The notes under the pieces are model-generated. The model was given only the letters and a program-made list of their open reading frames with translations, was not told where the DNA came from and searched no databases. DNA of 47,690 nucleotides, the filler included, from Catajapyx aquilonaris (Eukaryota): assembly GCA_000934665.2 (NCBI GenBank). It is 2 parts of 2 records of this genome, joined end to end, with 100 filler letters (N's around TTAATTAATTAA, not from the genome) between each part and the next. Parts side by side here need not be neighbours in the genome. Positions count along the whole stretch, not along the records: positions 23,972 to 47,690 come from KZ539388.1; 1 more part is not named here. One strand, given 5' to 3'. Positions 25,188-36,556 of the stretch are shown piece after piece. Positions within the stretch are counted from its first letter, which is position 1, and the number at the start of each line of letters is the position of its first letter. Made by a program: the position numbers and the translations under genes.

Positions 25188-25685
25188 TCACAACGTGCTG
25201 GACGATGGCATCAGTAGAAGTGTAGCTGCCACCAAGTACCTTGCTCATATCTTTCCCATCCTGGTGTTTTTTTATCTTGAGTTTTTTTTTGTTAAGGTTA
25301 TAACAGTATTCGCTGAATGCAATACGAGTAAGCCAATTTAATATAGTTTCACTGTCGGAAAGTACAAACTGCTACTGCTGTCTTCTTCCCTTTGTTTTTA
25401 GTCAAGTCATTAATTGTGTCAAATTAGCCCTTGCTTGAGTTAAAGAAAACTTTTGATGAAAAGGGTACCAATACTCAGAGAGTATGAGAAAGTGACAAGC
25501 ATATATGTACCTGAACGCTACATGTACCTGAAGTTCATTGTGTGCAATAAAAAAGCTTTCTGTGCAAAAATCTTTGTTTCATGATGCAGAACATCAATCA
25601 GCTTATATGCATTCAGTTTTAGAACAGGACTGACATCACATGGCTCCTACTGCCAACATGGCTTGCACCTTGTAAAGCTTTGTTA

Positions 25686-26142
25686 CACACGGTAGTGAAA
25701 CACACAGCAGAATTCACCGGAGGGTGGGATTTGATGCGAAAGCGCACTGTTTGTAGCAGTTTGATTCACGGCTGCAGGATGTCAGCTCGTCAGGCACGGA
25801 ATGAAGACAAGCTCTATTTTCTCCCTGTGAAGTGCAACTTACATTACAATCTAAGATGGCCCCTTCTGGCCCAGTCACACTCTCAGCTCTGAAAAGGGAT
25901 GCATGTGGCCTCTCCTTCTAACACATAGCCACGTAGTCATTGCAGCAGGACCCATGGGAGCAAGAGGGTGGAGGCAGGACAGGGAAAACCGTCTCCTTGG
26001 CCTCTACGAACATGTGCGGTTGATGGGATCCCATCTTCTCCTGGTGCATCACAGGCACTTTTCTAGTAAAAGTTGTATAGGTAGCGTGCGCATTTGGATC
26101 CTCCCCCTCTGTCTAACCGCAAGTGTGTTTCACTACCATGTG
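25686..26142. mobile_element. Non-autonomous DNA element (MITE) with ~20-bp TIRs flanked by TA
   Basis: ta-cacacggtagtgaaacacac ... gtgtgtttcactaccatgtg-ta (1 mismatch). Confidence 0.7.
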
Positions 26143-26179
26143 TAGGGGCTTTAAGAGTGGGGAAATAACACATTATTGT

Positions 26180-27541
26180 CATTCATTACATATCTTCTAT
26201 TTATTGCGTTTATGTTGCATCATAATTCAGGGTAACACTGGCTGCACAAGTGGACAAAATCAGCACTAGGTTGTCAACAGAACAGAATATCTGAAGGGAT
26301 TGGCACTTTCGAGTATCATTGGATACCAATGAAGTTTCTTATCCCATGAGAACAACCAGTCATTTGTTGTAAATTATTCCACAACTACATGTTTTTAGGC
26401 CCACTAAGAATACTTTTCTGTGTAAAACAATAATGGCAATACACATGGTTCTCAAGGAACACATATATGGCTATTTCAAACAATACGTATAACCTTCAAA
26501 GGCACAACAATGTGGATGGAGATAACTTGCCAAAGCAACAATGATGTCCCTGCAAATTAACTGAACTGTCCATTTACAATTTGGCATAAAATTGTCACCA
26601 GGTTAATTCAGCTACTGACACAAGTGTTGCCAGCTGCATGATAAATATGTTTCGGCAATAAATAAATGTGATGCTATTTGGTAGTGTCAGACACTGACAA
26701 TTGTTAACGTACAGTAACTATTGGTTAAAGGTGACCACAATGGCCCATTTGGGCTAGATGCTGCCACACAAATATTAAGGCTGCTTTCCAGGCCAAGTTG
26801 GGAAATGTGGCAATCATATGCTACAAAATATTCAAAGATTACATTGTATTAATACCAGAGACCTCAGGCATGTTGAATTTGACTATTTCAACGCTAGATC
26901 CCAAACTACCCATTATTATTCATTACTACTGTTGCAATAATTATTATGCAAATATCACCATAATATTCCACATGCACAAACATATTACCAGTCATCAAAC
27001 ACTACTCTTGCACAGTTCAATGACAACCAATGAGTTATGCCACAGCCACCCATGACACTCATTTTCTCTACTTACATCCATGCATTCAGCGACCGCAAAG
27101 GCACGCATGTCACCACAATAATAAGAAGTCATTGGAGGCATCCAGGACACCCTGTCACCACAATATCAAATTTCAGTGCAAATCTACATCACTACATGAG
27201 CCCTTGGCAGTTACAAAACTTCCACAACAGTTATATTTAAAAAATTTTGCATCCCAAGGCAAGGCTTCACAATGGATGCTTTGAAACTCCCTGTGGCAAG
27301 TGACAAACGTTTGTTGAGACAGACTAAACACTTTCTCATCATTTGACCCATCACACACAACAAAGACAAAACATACTCAACGTAGTTGCACACTCATAAA
27401 ATTTTAAAACAAAATAAACAGAAATTTGTCAAGTAAACACACATAAAACACTATTTATATCCTTTCCTCAAATATGTACAGTTCTTGCTCTTGTTGACAC
27501 TTCTGACCCAACAACTGTCGGCCATGCGGTCCAATACTGGT
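26180..27541 (-). other. Probable non-coding terminal (3'UTR) exon of CDC42SE
   Basis: Minus-strand acceptor ttcttattgtttcag at 27542-27543, AT-rich repeat-poor body, AATAAA (tttatt ~26200). Pairs with the donor caa|gtgagt at 32142 just after the CDC42SE stop. Confidence 0.5.
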
Positions 27542-27677
27542 CTGAAACAATAAGAATGTTTTGTTAATGGCCACTCTGACTCAGCTGCATTTGGCTGTTC
27601 CCTTGCAAAATGAAACTTATAATATACAGGGTGTTCCAAGTATTCAGGTCTTTTTGGTCATCACATATTTGGGGAGC

Positions 27678-28260
27678 TCGGGAGAAAAACATGATAACTG
27701 CCAGTGAAAAATGCAACAAGTTCTCGGCCTGATTTGTTTTCATGGAAACAAATGTACCACCGGGGGTGGCCTTCTGTGGGTAGATGTGGAGTACCTTCAT
27801 GAGTATTCATGAATATTTTCCCACCTGCAGAGAGCACCAGTCACTAACACTCAGTCTGTGAGACCACTGCCGCATGCCGGTTAACACGTTTACTCCTGAG
27901 ACGTTCAATTTGTGCCAAAGCTACCTACCAACGGAGCTGCCAAGTCTCACAGGTCATTCTGGACTACTCAAAGGGTGACCCCGACTTCTTGAACCCTGTG
28001 ATGACTGGTGACGAGGTGTGGGTCGTACCCTGCTCAAGTTGTTCTGTCATTTTCGCAGGAAATGAAAATTCAATGGGCGCCGAGGACCCTTGGTCACTCA
28101 CAGTACATGCTGACTGCCAGTGACTGACTCTCTCTGGAGGTTGAAAAAAATTCACGAATACTCGTGAAGGTACTCATCCTTACCAGAGGACACCTTCCGT
28201 GCTTCATTGGTTTCCGCTGAAAAAAATGAGGGATGGCGGTTATCATGTTTTTCTCCCGAT
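27678..28260. mobile_element. Decayed palindromic MITE
   Basis: cgggagaaaaacatgataac vs gttatcatgtttttctcccg, and gagtaccttcatgagtattcatgaa vs ttcacgaatactcgtgaaggtactc, symmetric about ~27970. Confidence 0.7.
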
Positions 28261-28312
28261 CCCTTCATTTCGTCTGAAGCTGTTATTTTTTACCTTGAGG
28301 TGTCCCCAGGAC

Positions 28313-28655
28313 AGCCCACGGACACTTCCCCTACAGTCTTATCGCCTGCCAGGGCATTTTGCATGGGGTGCTCACCTGAGAGAGCCATGAGACCCTTCAC
28401 TGCTGGATTATGTGGCGATTCTACCGGACTATGCTTAACTTAGGTAAAAGAGAAGACGCTACATGAGGGCCCAAAATGGCTGCCGGCGACCGTGTTGGGT
28501 CCCCCAATGTAGCGCTTCCCTTTTTGTACCTGTAAAGTTCAGCGTAGTCCGGTAGGGTCGCCACATAATCCAGCAGTGAAAAGCTGTGTCACGGCGCTCT
28601 CAAGTGAGCACCTCATGCAAAACGCCCCGGCAGGCGATAAGTGGGAGTGACCAGA
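28313..28655. mobile_element. Palindromic MITE family P, copy 1
   Basis: Arms cttatcgcctgcc...gcatggggtgctcacctgagag... mirrored by ...gagcacctcatgcaaaacgccccggcaggcgataag. Two more copies at 29073 and 36255. Confidence 0.85.
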
Positions 28656-29072
28656 CCTGAGTACTCTAAGATCATGCCCCAGGAGGTCCTCTCCCAGGTG
28701 TGGTTGAAGCCTGTACTTGCTCTTACTGGTGTGCGGGAGGCGGGAGGGTAGTAGTCGGTGGGGGCAGCGGCCTGTGTTGCTAAGATAGGTCTGTATCCGC
28801 AAAGAAGGAAGGTTAGGCTTGGTTAGGTTAGTTTGGTACAGCATACCCCTTCCAAAATCCAAAAAATCAATCTGCCTTTGCGACATAGCCAAGCTGCCCC
28901 CAGCCACCACTCCCCCTGCCGCGTCCCGCACGCCAGTAAGGGTTAGTCTTTCCAGGTTGAACATTGCAGCTGCTATGTAATTGGGCACCTGAATCAGTGC
29001 ATACAAAAAAAAACTATGCAAAAATAACAACTGGTAAAAGGTTCTCTTGCGCCTTTGGTCACTTTTGACCAG

Positions 29073-29420
29073 CCCCCGGACACTACCTCTACGTTCTTAT
29101 CTTATCGCCTGCTGGGGCGTTTTGCATGGGGTGCTCACCTGAGAGCGCAATGAGACCTTTCACGGAGCTATTATGTGGTGACCCTACTGGACTATGCTGA
29201 ACTTTATAGGTACAAAAGGGAAGCGCTACATTGGGGGACCCAACATGGTCGCTGGCGGCCATGTTGGGCCCGCATCTAGCGCTTCCCTTTCGTACCTATA
29301 AAGTTCAGCCTAGTCCGGTACGGTCGCCACATAATCCAGCAGTGAAAGGTCTCATGGCGCTCTCAGGTGAGCACCTCATGCAAAACGCCCCGGCAGGGGG
29401 TAGGTGGGAGTGTCCAGACC
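29073..29420. mobile_element. Palindromic MITE family P, copy 2
   Basis: Same ~150-bp arms as copy 1, with the central segment in the opposite orientation. Confidence 0.85.
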
Positions 29421-30262
29421 AGTGCCGGTAAAAGACCTGGTGCTGGTGTGGGTGTGGAGCACTCCCCACCCGAATGATTCCACATGGGGAAATTCCCCAC
29501 CCGAAATCGGGGAGCAAATGGTCAAATAAACAGAAATATCAACAGAAAAAAATTGTCATGCTCGTTTTTCGGTCCTGAAACGTCTGAAAAATTATCTTCG
29601 AACAACGATATCCCAAAATCGATTGAACGTCGTAACAATGTTGCATATTTATTCCGAAGAGGTCGACAAACTTGATGATTAACAGCTAATGGATGAATTC
29701 ATATCGAAAAATTCGAAAGGCAGTTCTGTATTCGCACTTTCTCGCAAATAAATGAAAATCATTTTTGGTAATATTGCTCTTACTAATTTATCCCGTAATA
29801 ATTGCACTTGTTTTGTATTTCGAAAATGAGATCTCCCCCCTCGGCCCCACCCCTACTTATTACTCACCACCCGGGCTGAATCTGTTTCACCAGCACTGAT
29901 CCAGACCGTAGTATTCTATGACCATGCTTTTGACCCAGCCCAAATTTAAAATGTTATTTCAAAGCGTTTTTATCGATACATATCTGGAAATTATTACACC
30001 AGCAGATAGACGGCAGAATTCACCCCAATACCAATGTAAAGAGATGTGGTGGGTAGTTGCACCGCCAAGTGGAGAGGTGGTGAAACTATTCTGGGTTTTC
30101 TTTTTGTACTAATGAAGCTCTCATGTATATCATTGGCAATAGCTGTGATGAAGAGAACAAAATTTAAAAGTGTACACCTTTAAATTATTTCCGTAGTTTG
30201 CTGTGTTTATGTGAAAATTCTCGATAAACAATAACATAATTTAGTGCAAATCTATTGGGTGT

Positions 30263-30448
30263 CAGCATGTCACCCCCTTTGAGGGTGTCACTGTGTCAGT
30301 CGTGTCACCCGGTGCTATTAGAGTATTAGGTGATATAAAATGCGGAAATAATTTTTTAACAATCACTTGGGTGTCACCCCCTTTGAGCCCTTTGAGGGTG
30401 TCACCCGTTGCCGTCCGCACCCTCCGCACTCCCCTAGTGACGCCACTG
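30263..30448 (-). mobile_element. MITE fragment with one CAGTGGCGTCACTAGGGG-type terminus and internal ggtgtcaccc repeats
   Basis: cccctagtgacgccactg ends at 30448; repeated gtgtcaccc / ccctttgagggtgtcac units. Second terminus not seen. Confidence 0.55.
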
Positions 30449-30489
30449 ACTATTGTACCTATGATCCCACTCACGTGATCCCACTATTG

Positions 30490-31230
30490 CAGCGGTCCTC
30501 AACCTTTGCCACATCTGGCCCCCCTCCTGAAACCACCAGAAAATTTTTGTTTTGTTCAAGGTCATACAAGCTTAGGTGAATGTAATAACTGACAAAGTAG
30601 ACCTACAGTGGAATCCTCCTATACTGTAAGCACGTCGGATATAAGCAAGTAGAAAGGTCGGTCCCTTCATATTTCCATCATGTACAAGTGCAGTTGAATC
30701 TGGATATATCAGACTTGTCTGCTATTATAATAATTAATAATTTGATACCCCATTATCAGCCTACCGGGCTTTTCTAGGGGGGGATTTCTCCCAATCAATT
30801 TTTTGTCTGGAACTCTTCCATTTTTACTATTTTTCTCATCATCGGAATGAAGCAGGGATAGGGAAGGAAGGAAGCGGCTGTGGCCTATGATTACGGTAAC
30901 GACCCTGGAATTATCCTGCGAGGACCATGAGAAACCACAGAAAACCATGGTCAGGGTCGCCGGCCTCCGGGATTTGAACCCAGGACCTCCCGATTAGCAG
31001 TCGGACACCCTATCCACTCCACCACTACTGCTTCGGTCTTGTCTGCTATTATCTGACTGCACAAATCCTTATTCAGAATTGAACTTTTGGCTTTTAGAAT
31101 TGCACAAATTGTGTAGAACTGCATGTAGGCCCTGAGAAGCAGTTCTTACCTAATCAGTGCGACTTTTGTGCCTGTTTCCAGTCACATAATTTTTGGATTC
31201 GCCCCGCGCCCCACCAGTTGAGAACCGCTG
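30490..31230. mobile_element. hAT-type non-autonomous element containing a nested SINE
   Basis: TIRs cagcggtcctcaac / gttgagaaccgctg; 8-bp TSD cactattg / tactattg (1 mismatch). Confidence 0.8.
30728..31037 (-). mobile_element. tRNA-derived SINE family A
   Basis: Head with A box tggtggagtgg, gactgctaatc arm and B box ggttcaaatcc; body ggttttctgtggtttc...ggccacagccgcttccttcc; (ATT)-type tail; 14-bp TSD cttgtctgctatta (30714-30727, 31038-31051). Confidence 0.9.
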
Positions 31231-31364
31231 TACTATTGGATACAAGATGGCTGCCAGAATCCACACCCTCCTCATATGATTGTAACCGTGGTAATAATCC
31301 TATCGATTGTGACCCAATGGCAAAGTTGCAACAGATCCTTTGAGAGAATGAAAAGGGCCAGAAT

Positions 31365-31956
31365 TAGGGTTGCCACCTCTCCGGGTTTGACCCGGAGACT
31401 CCGGGTTTCCAAGCGCTGCCTCCGGGCTACGGGTTGTACTCCCAAATCTCCGGGTTTGGCGACTGGTGTATCGATGCAGGGCCTTATCGATGCAAAGAAG
31501 AGGGAGTATGGTATCGATCTGGGATATCGGAGCTATAATATCAGCTCTCACAAGTAGTTGGTAGGACTGACACGTGACACACACGCACATGCCAGCGAAA
31601 ATTGAACCCAAAAAAATTTCGCCTGCGGCGGGCCTCCTCCCCGCCCTCTTCGGTTTATGCCCCCCCCCCGAACTGGAATCATGGCTATGTCACTGTCCTG
31701 AGTCCTCATTCCAGAATATTAATAGCAGTATAATGTTGTATTACATTCTTAAATCCAAATTCCGTAACACCCCCCCCCCNNNNNNNNNNNNNNNNNNNNN
31801 NNNNNNNNNNNNNNNNNNNNNNNNNNNNNNNNNNNNNNNNNNNNNNNNNNNNNNNNNNNNNNNNNNNNNNNNNNNNNNNNNNNNNNNNNNNNNNNNNNNN
31901 NGGGGGGGGGGGGGGGGAATCTCCGGGTCAGTGATCCTGCAGAGGTGGCAACCCTA
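31365..31956. mobile_element. hAT-type MITE spanning the N gap at 31780-31901
   Basis: TIRs tagggttgccacctct / agaggtggcaacccta; perfect 8-bp TSD gccagaat (31357-31364, 31957-31964); subterminal ctccggg repeats. Confidence 0.88.
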
Positions 31957-32163
31957 GCCAGAATACTTGGAACATTGTACATGCACATAGATAGAAAATG
32001 CTATTGTAATGCACCCTTGCTAAAAACGTCCGATAATACAAAATTGTATTGCTTGCTATCATACCATAGTAGGCTACTGGTAACCTAACTCTCAACCTAA
32101 TTTTCTATCAGCATATTTTAAAATGTGTCTGAAACAACTCACTTGCACAAGTAGCATCCCAGT

Positions 32164-32370
32164 TTAATGATTTGCAACAGCAATGAGGGGAGAATTACTG
32201 GTGTTGGTCACTGGAAGAGCACCATCATAGCCTCCTTTCGATTGCATCTGTGTTTGAAGGGCTTGGAGGTGTGAAGTCCCCAGCTGCACATCGCCTGAAC
32301 CGATGTGACCTGTGTGCCGGAAGTTCATGGGCTCCCCGATCATAGATCGGTCAATCCTCTGCCTACGTTT
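32164..32370 (-). CDS. CDC42SE: CDC42 small effector protein, coding exon 2 (CRIB domain)
   Basis: [27 protein letters not shown]...[11 protein letters not shown]...*, the hallmark CDC42[20 protein letters not shown] and QMQSKGGY motifs; acceptor tatttcag. Confidence 0.95.
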   Translation of the reverse strand, partial: KRRQRIDRSMIGEPMNFRHTGHIGSGDVQLGTSHLQALQTQMQSKGGYDGALPVTNTSNSPLIAVANH

Positions 32371-32433
32371 CTGAAATAGTGATAAAAAGTGTTGGGTAAA
32401 TATGGAGTGTGGAGACATCCTGTGGCAACATAC

Positions 32434-32493
32434 TCTGGGTGGCTGCTGAGTGATGCAACAGGAAAACCACTGAACCCAAACTTCTCCTGCCAT
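32434..32493 (-). CDS. CDC42SE: CDC42 small effector protein, coding exon 1 (exon begins 32514; alternative in-frame ATG at 32511)
   Basis: [20 protein letters not shown], like the SPEC N-terminus FW.CF.CC..QP; acceptor tttttcttattccag, donor AGA|gtatgt. Confidence 0.9.
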
Positions 32494-33656
32494 ATCAGGC
32501 AATGCACACATAACCTGGAATAAGAAAAACATTTAAGGCCTTTTCTACATTGCATGCACTAAGAGTGTGAAAAAAGTTCCAGTCTTTTTAAAATTACAGT
32601 AAAAAATAAAATAAAATGCCAATGTTGACCATTATGTTACCGTATTACCTCTCATAAAGCAACATGCTGGTATAAAACGAGGTCGACCAGCTTACCGATA
32701 TAACCAGGGGGTGGCAAGCATGCCGCAATAACCGAGGTAGATTTCCGTAATTTTGATAGTTGCCAAATTTTTTGCAATGCTTCTGGTACCATACTAAAAT
32801 AATGTTACAATGAAAATGGGTGAGTGCACAGGCTGTGAGAATATGCAAGTTCTGTTGCACAGTGTATAACTGATAAAAAATGTAAAGTGTGTGACCAATC
32901 CCATCATCAGCCTGCTTTGACAGGGGAACCCCCTGGTCCAATATACTGTTTAACCCAGATACGCCGAGTGTCCCCTATAGGGGACACCTGCACAGTTGTC
33001 GTTTTTAAATAACCTGGCATAAACATACATGCATACAAACTTTCTCTTTTGGATACAGTGAAACCTGTGTATAGCAGAATAGCACAGTGCCCTAAAAAAA
33101 TCGTAATTGACAAGTTTCCACTGAACATTACGATTTTCCTAGTCATCAGCACCAAACGGGAAAGAGTGGAAGTGAACGCTGCAAGCCGCAAAGCATTGTG
33201 GGCAGAGAGTGGGGGAGAAAATAAAGTGGTGCTGTTGTTGCGGATCGCGAGCAAACCATTTATATAGTAGGGCCTATGGCATATCAGCCGTTTCCACTAT
33301 ATTCGACATGGTATTTATGTCCTATGCATACACCCGTTCCCGGAAAAATTCCGCAATGGACAAGTTTTTGTAATACTCAGGGTATGTTATGGACATGTTT
33401 CACTACATATCTATCTAGAATGAATCCTGTCCATAACGGACCCTGAACATAACAGAAACTTGCCTATTGCGGATTTTTTCTGGTAAATGGCGCATGGAAA
33501 GTACACGATTTCCGCGTCGAATGTAGCGGAAATTGTGTAAATTTCATATGCCAGTTACCAGAAAAATTCCGCAATAGGCAAGTTTCCATTATACACAGGG
33601 TCCATTATTTTAAATTTTTTTGTTCAAATTTATTTTGCCCGGTGATAGGCCTACAT

Positions 33657-34057
33657 AGTTGGGCGGTGGTACACCACCATCAATTTTCTCGTCCTATTTT
33701 TCTTTCCTCCGGTGCAAGGGGACAGAATAGGGATAATGAGGGGGGGGGGGTGCAGGTGCAATGTCTCAAGTTGGGGGTCGTGTGCAGTCCCCCAGGGGGC
33801 CAAGCTACAAGACACCCCCCTAGATGCGGGTCAGAAACCGCCCACCGACACCGCACCTCCTCATGAATGGGACAAGGATAGGGAAGGAAGGAATCGGCTG
33901 TGGCCTATTATTTAGGAAGCAACCCCGGAATTCTCCTGGGTGGACTGTGGGAAACCACAGAAAACCACGGTTAGGATTTCCGGCCCCGGGGCTCAAACCC
34001 AGGACCTCTAGATTAGCAGTCGGACACTTTATCCACTCCACCAAACTGCTTCGGTTC
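33657..34057 (-). mobile_element. Chimeric SINE (family A 5' part joined to family B-like 3' part)
   Basis: 33870-34057 matches family A head and body; 33657-33850 matches family B (gtcgtgtgcagtcccc, caccaccatca end). Confidence 0.75.
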
Positions 34058-34094
34058 AGGGTCCGTTATGGACAGGATTCACTGTATATTTATA

Positions 34095-34389
34095 ATAATA
34101 ATAATAATAATTCATACCCCGTTATCAGCCTTTTTCGGCTCTTTAGGGGGGAAGTTTTTCTTTTGCCCGGAACTCTTTGCTTTCATTTCACTGCACTTTT
34201 TGGGATGGGATAGGGACGGAAGGCAGCGGCTGTGGCCTGTTAATTATGGAAACAACTCCGGAAATTCCCTGGAAGGACCGTGGGAAACCACAGAAAACCA
34301 CGGTCAGAGTTGCTGGCCCCGGGATTCGAACCCAGGACCTCCCGATTAGCAGTCGGACGCCTTATCCACTATGCCAACCTGCTTCGGTG
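34095..34389 (-). mobile_element. tRNA-derived SINE family A
   Basis: B box ggttcgaatcc, (ATT)n tail, 14-bp TSD actgtatatttata (34081-34094, 34390-34403). Confidence 0.9.
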
Positions 34390-34783
34390 ACTGTATATTT
34401 ATATACAGCAAAACCTGTACATATCTGAATAGCACGTGACTCTAAAATTCCGCAATGAACAAGTTTCCGTTATACCCTCCTGAGACCCGAGAAGCCATCT
34501 GTGCAATTATTTAGTAATACTTTGAAAGAACCCACTGTAGTGGAGGTGTAGAAACCATTTTTCAGAATTTCATATTTTTGTTGCAATCACTTATTGCAGA
34601 ATTAGATGTACAATATATAGGATAATATATTATATTAATATATTATTAATATATTATTATATATTACTTATTAATTAATTAAATACCATTCCTTCTCTAT
34701 ATTTTTCAATGAATTTTTAAAAAATCTTTTATCTTTATGTCAATACAGCAGCCTATATCTTACATTTTCCTTGTACAGTATAT

Positions 34784-35146
34784 TTATTTTTATTATTTAT
34801 TATTTTACCCCATGATACAACTGTAAGCCATTATAGGGGGGTGGCCTACCACCATCAGTTTTCTAGTATTTCATGCTTTTTTTCTTTGTTCTCCGTGCAG
34901 GGAAGCAAGGAAATGGGGTAAGGATAGGGATTTTTGGGGAGGGGACACAGGTGGAAGTGCAAGGCCGGAAAATGGGTCGTGTGCAGTCCCCCAGAACTCC
35001 AGAAGTCTAGGTTGCCAAGACGCCTTCTTAGGCGCGGGTCTAGACCCACTGACGCAGGCGGAAGGGAAATCCCGGGCAGGGATCGAACCCGGGACCTTCC
35101 CCTCAGGAAGCCGAGACGTTACCATCTCAGCCACCACGCCTTCCCC
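34784..35146 (-). mobile_element. tRNA-derived SINE family B
   Basis: Head tggtggctgagatggtaacg...ggttcgatccc; A-rich tail; 15-bp TSD ccttgtacagtatat (34769-34783, 35147-35161). Confidence 0.85.
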
Positions 35147-35596
35147 CCTTGTACAGTATATAATTATAGCCATACTATAGGTTACATTTGCCGAGTGTCC
35201 CCTATAGGGGGCGGCCCTTTTTTTACAATCTAGCATTTCATACATTTTTTAAAATCATTTTTGTTGTGTTTTGGGGACTATTGTGAACTAATAAAAACAA
35301 ACAAAAAACAAAATTTAAACAAAAAATCTTTCCAGCATATCTGGGTTAAATAGAGATTATTGCCAAACATTGCCATTGAAAAAATATATGGTACAGGTAC
35401 CCTATTCGAAAAATGTACCTTTTCAATAGCCTTTATGTGAATTTCGATTTTCAGGCAAATGTCAAGTTCGGAAAGGATAATGTAACTTATGTGAAAACCT
35501 TGCCTTATACCGGCATGCTGGTATAGCCACTACATCATGCATTTCGAAAAACTGGTCGACCTCGACTACACCGGCATGAGAGGTAATACGGTAACA

Positions 35597-35861
35597 GTGG
35601 GCGACACGGTGGCGGAGTGGTTAGCGCCGCAGCCTTCCACCTCTAAGGTCCCGAGTTCGATCCCTGGATCGGACAGAGGCTACTTATGTGGATAGAGTTT
35701 CGATGGGTTCTTTCCATGTTCGTGTGGGTTTTCTCGGGGTTCTCCCGTTTCCTCGCACTATCAAAATCCATCACAGCAAAGGCAATGATTAAAGAGGGTT
35801 AATTAAAAAGACGATCCCCTAAAAAGCCCAAGGAGGCTTATCACGGGGTATCCATTATTAT
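35597..35861 (+). mobile_element. tRNA-derived SINE with V-domain-like core
   Basis: A box tggcggagtggttag, B box gagttcgatcc, core gtgtgggttttctcggggttctcccgtttcctcgcac resembling the V-SINE domain, short (ATT) tail; 13-bp TSD taatacggtaaca (35584-35596, 35862-35874). Confidence 0.85.
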
Positions 35862-36254
35862 TAATACGGTAACACAGTGAAAACTATTAGCCGTATGACC
35901 AATGGTATATCCTAAACAAATGATTAATTCCATACAAATCACGTGGACCAACCACTTGTTCTGGATTTATGATCAATCATGCAACTAGTGCTAATAGTGC
36001 TTTAGTGAACCTTAAACTTTCAAAATTGGGTGTCACCTACTGTTGGTATAAGCATCGAAATCTAAGCTTTTGAAAGTTCCCCGACCCTTCTGCGGTCATA
36101 TTGAATATGAAAAAAATTACCAAGTGCTACTTTGCAAACCTGGATTTTCACAAAAAATATATCCAAAATCTGGCATAATTTTTTTAATGCAACATACCAG
36201 AACCAACCTGCACTACAATTACTATTGCAAATGGCCAAATCAATCTTCAAGACA

Positions 36255-36556
36255 GCTCACAGGAGAGAGCCATGAGACCTTTCACGGAGCTATTATGTGG
36301 CGACCCTACTGGACTATGCTGAACTCTATAGGTACAAAAGGGAAGAGCTACATGTGGGCCCAACATGGCCGCCAGCGACCATGTTGGGTCCCCCAATGTA
36401 GCGCTTCCCTTTTGTACCTATAAAGTTCAGCATAGTCCAGTAGGGTCGCCACATAATAGCTCCGTGAAAGGTCTCATGGTGCTCTCAGGTGAGCACCTCA
36501 TGCAAAACGCCCCTGCAGGTGATAAGATAAGATTGTGGGGGAAGTGTCCGGGGGCT
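36255..36556. mobile_element. Palindromic MITE family P, copy 3 (left end truncated)
   Basis: Same arms and centre; right end gataagataagattgtggggaagtgtccggggg. Confidence 0.85.

Larger units (their letters stand above)
32954..35345. mobile_element. piggyBac-type non-autonomous element
   Basis: TTAA-cccagata ... tatctggg-TTAA; subterminal direct repeat gccgagtgtcccctatagggg at ~32963 and ~35190. Confidence 0.75.
32640..35591. mobile_element. TA-flanked CCGTA-terminated DNA element, the outer shell of a nested TE cluster
   Basis: ta-ccgtattacctctcat ... atgagaggtaatacgg-ta, with further inverted matches cgaggtcgaccag / ctggtcgacctcg. Confidence 0.75.

Noticed and set aside
28810..28836. TTAGG-like repeats as interstitial telomere
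   Set aside because: Only a few degenerate units within TE-derived sequence.
30960..31037. tRNA-like sequences at SINE heads (also ~34000, 34340, 35100, 35620, 42560, 43420, 44600, 47050)
   Set aside because: They lack full cloverleaf acceptor stems and continue into SINE bodies with tails and TSDs; not tRNA genes.
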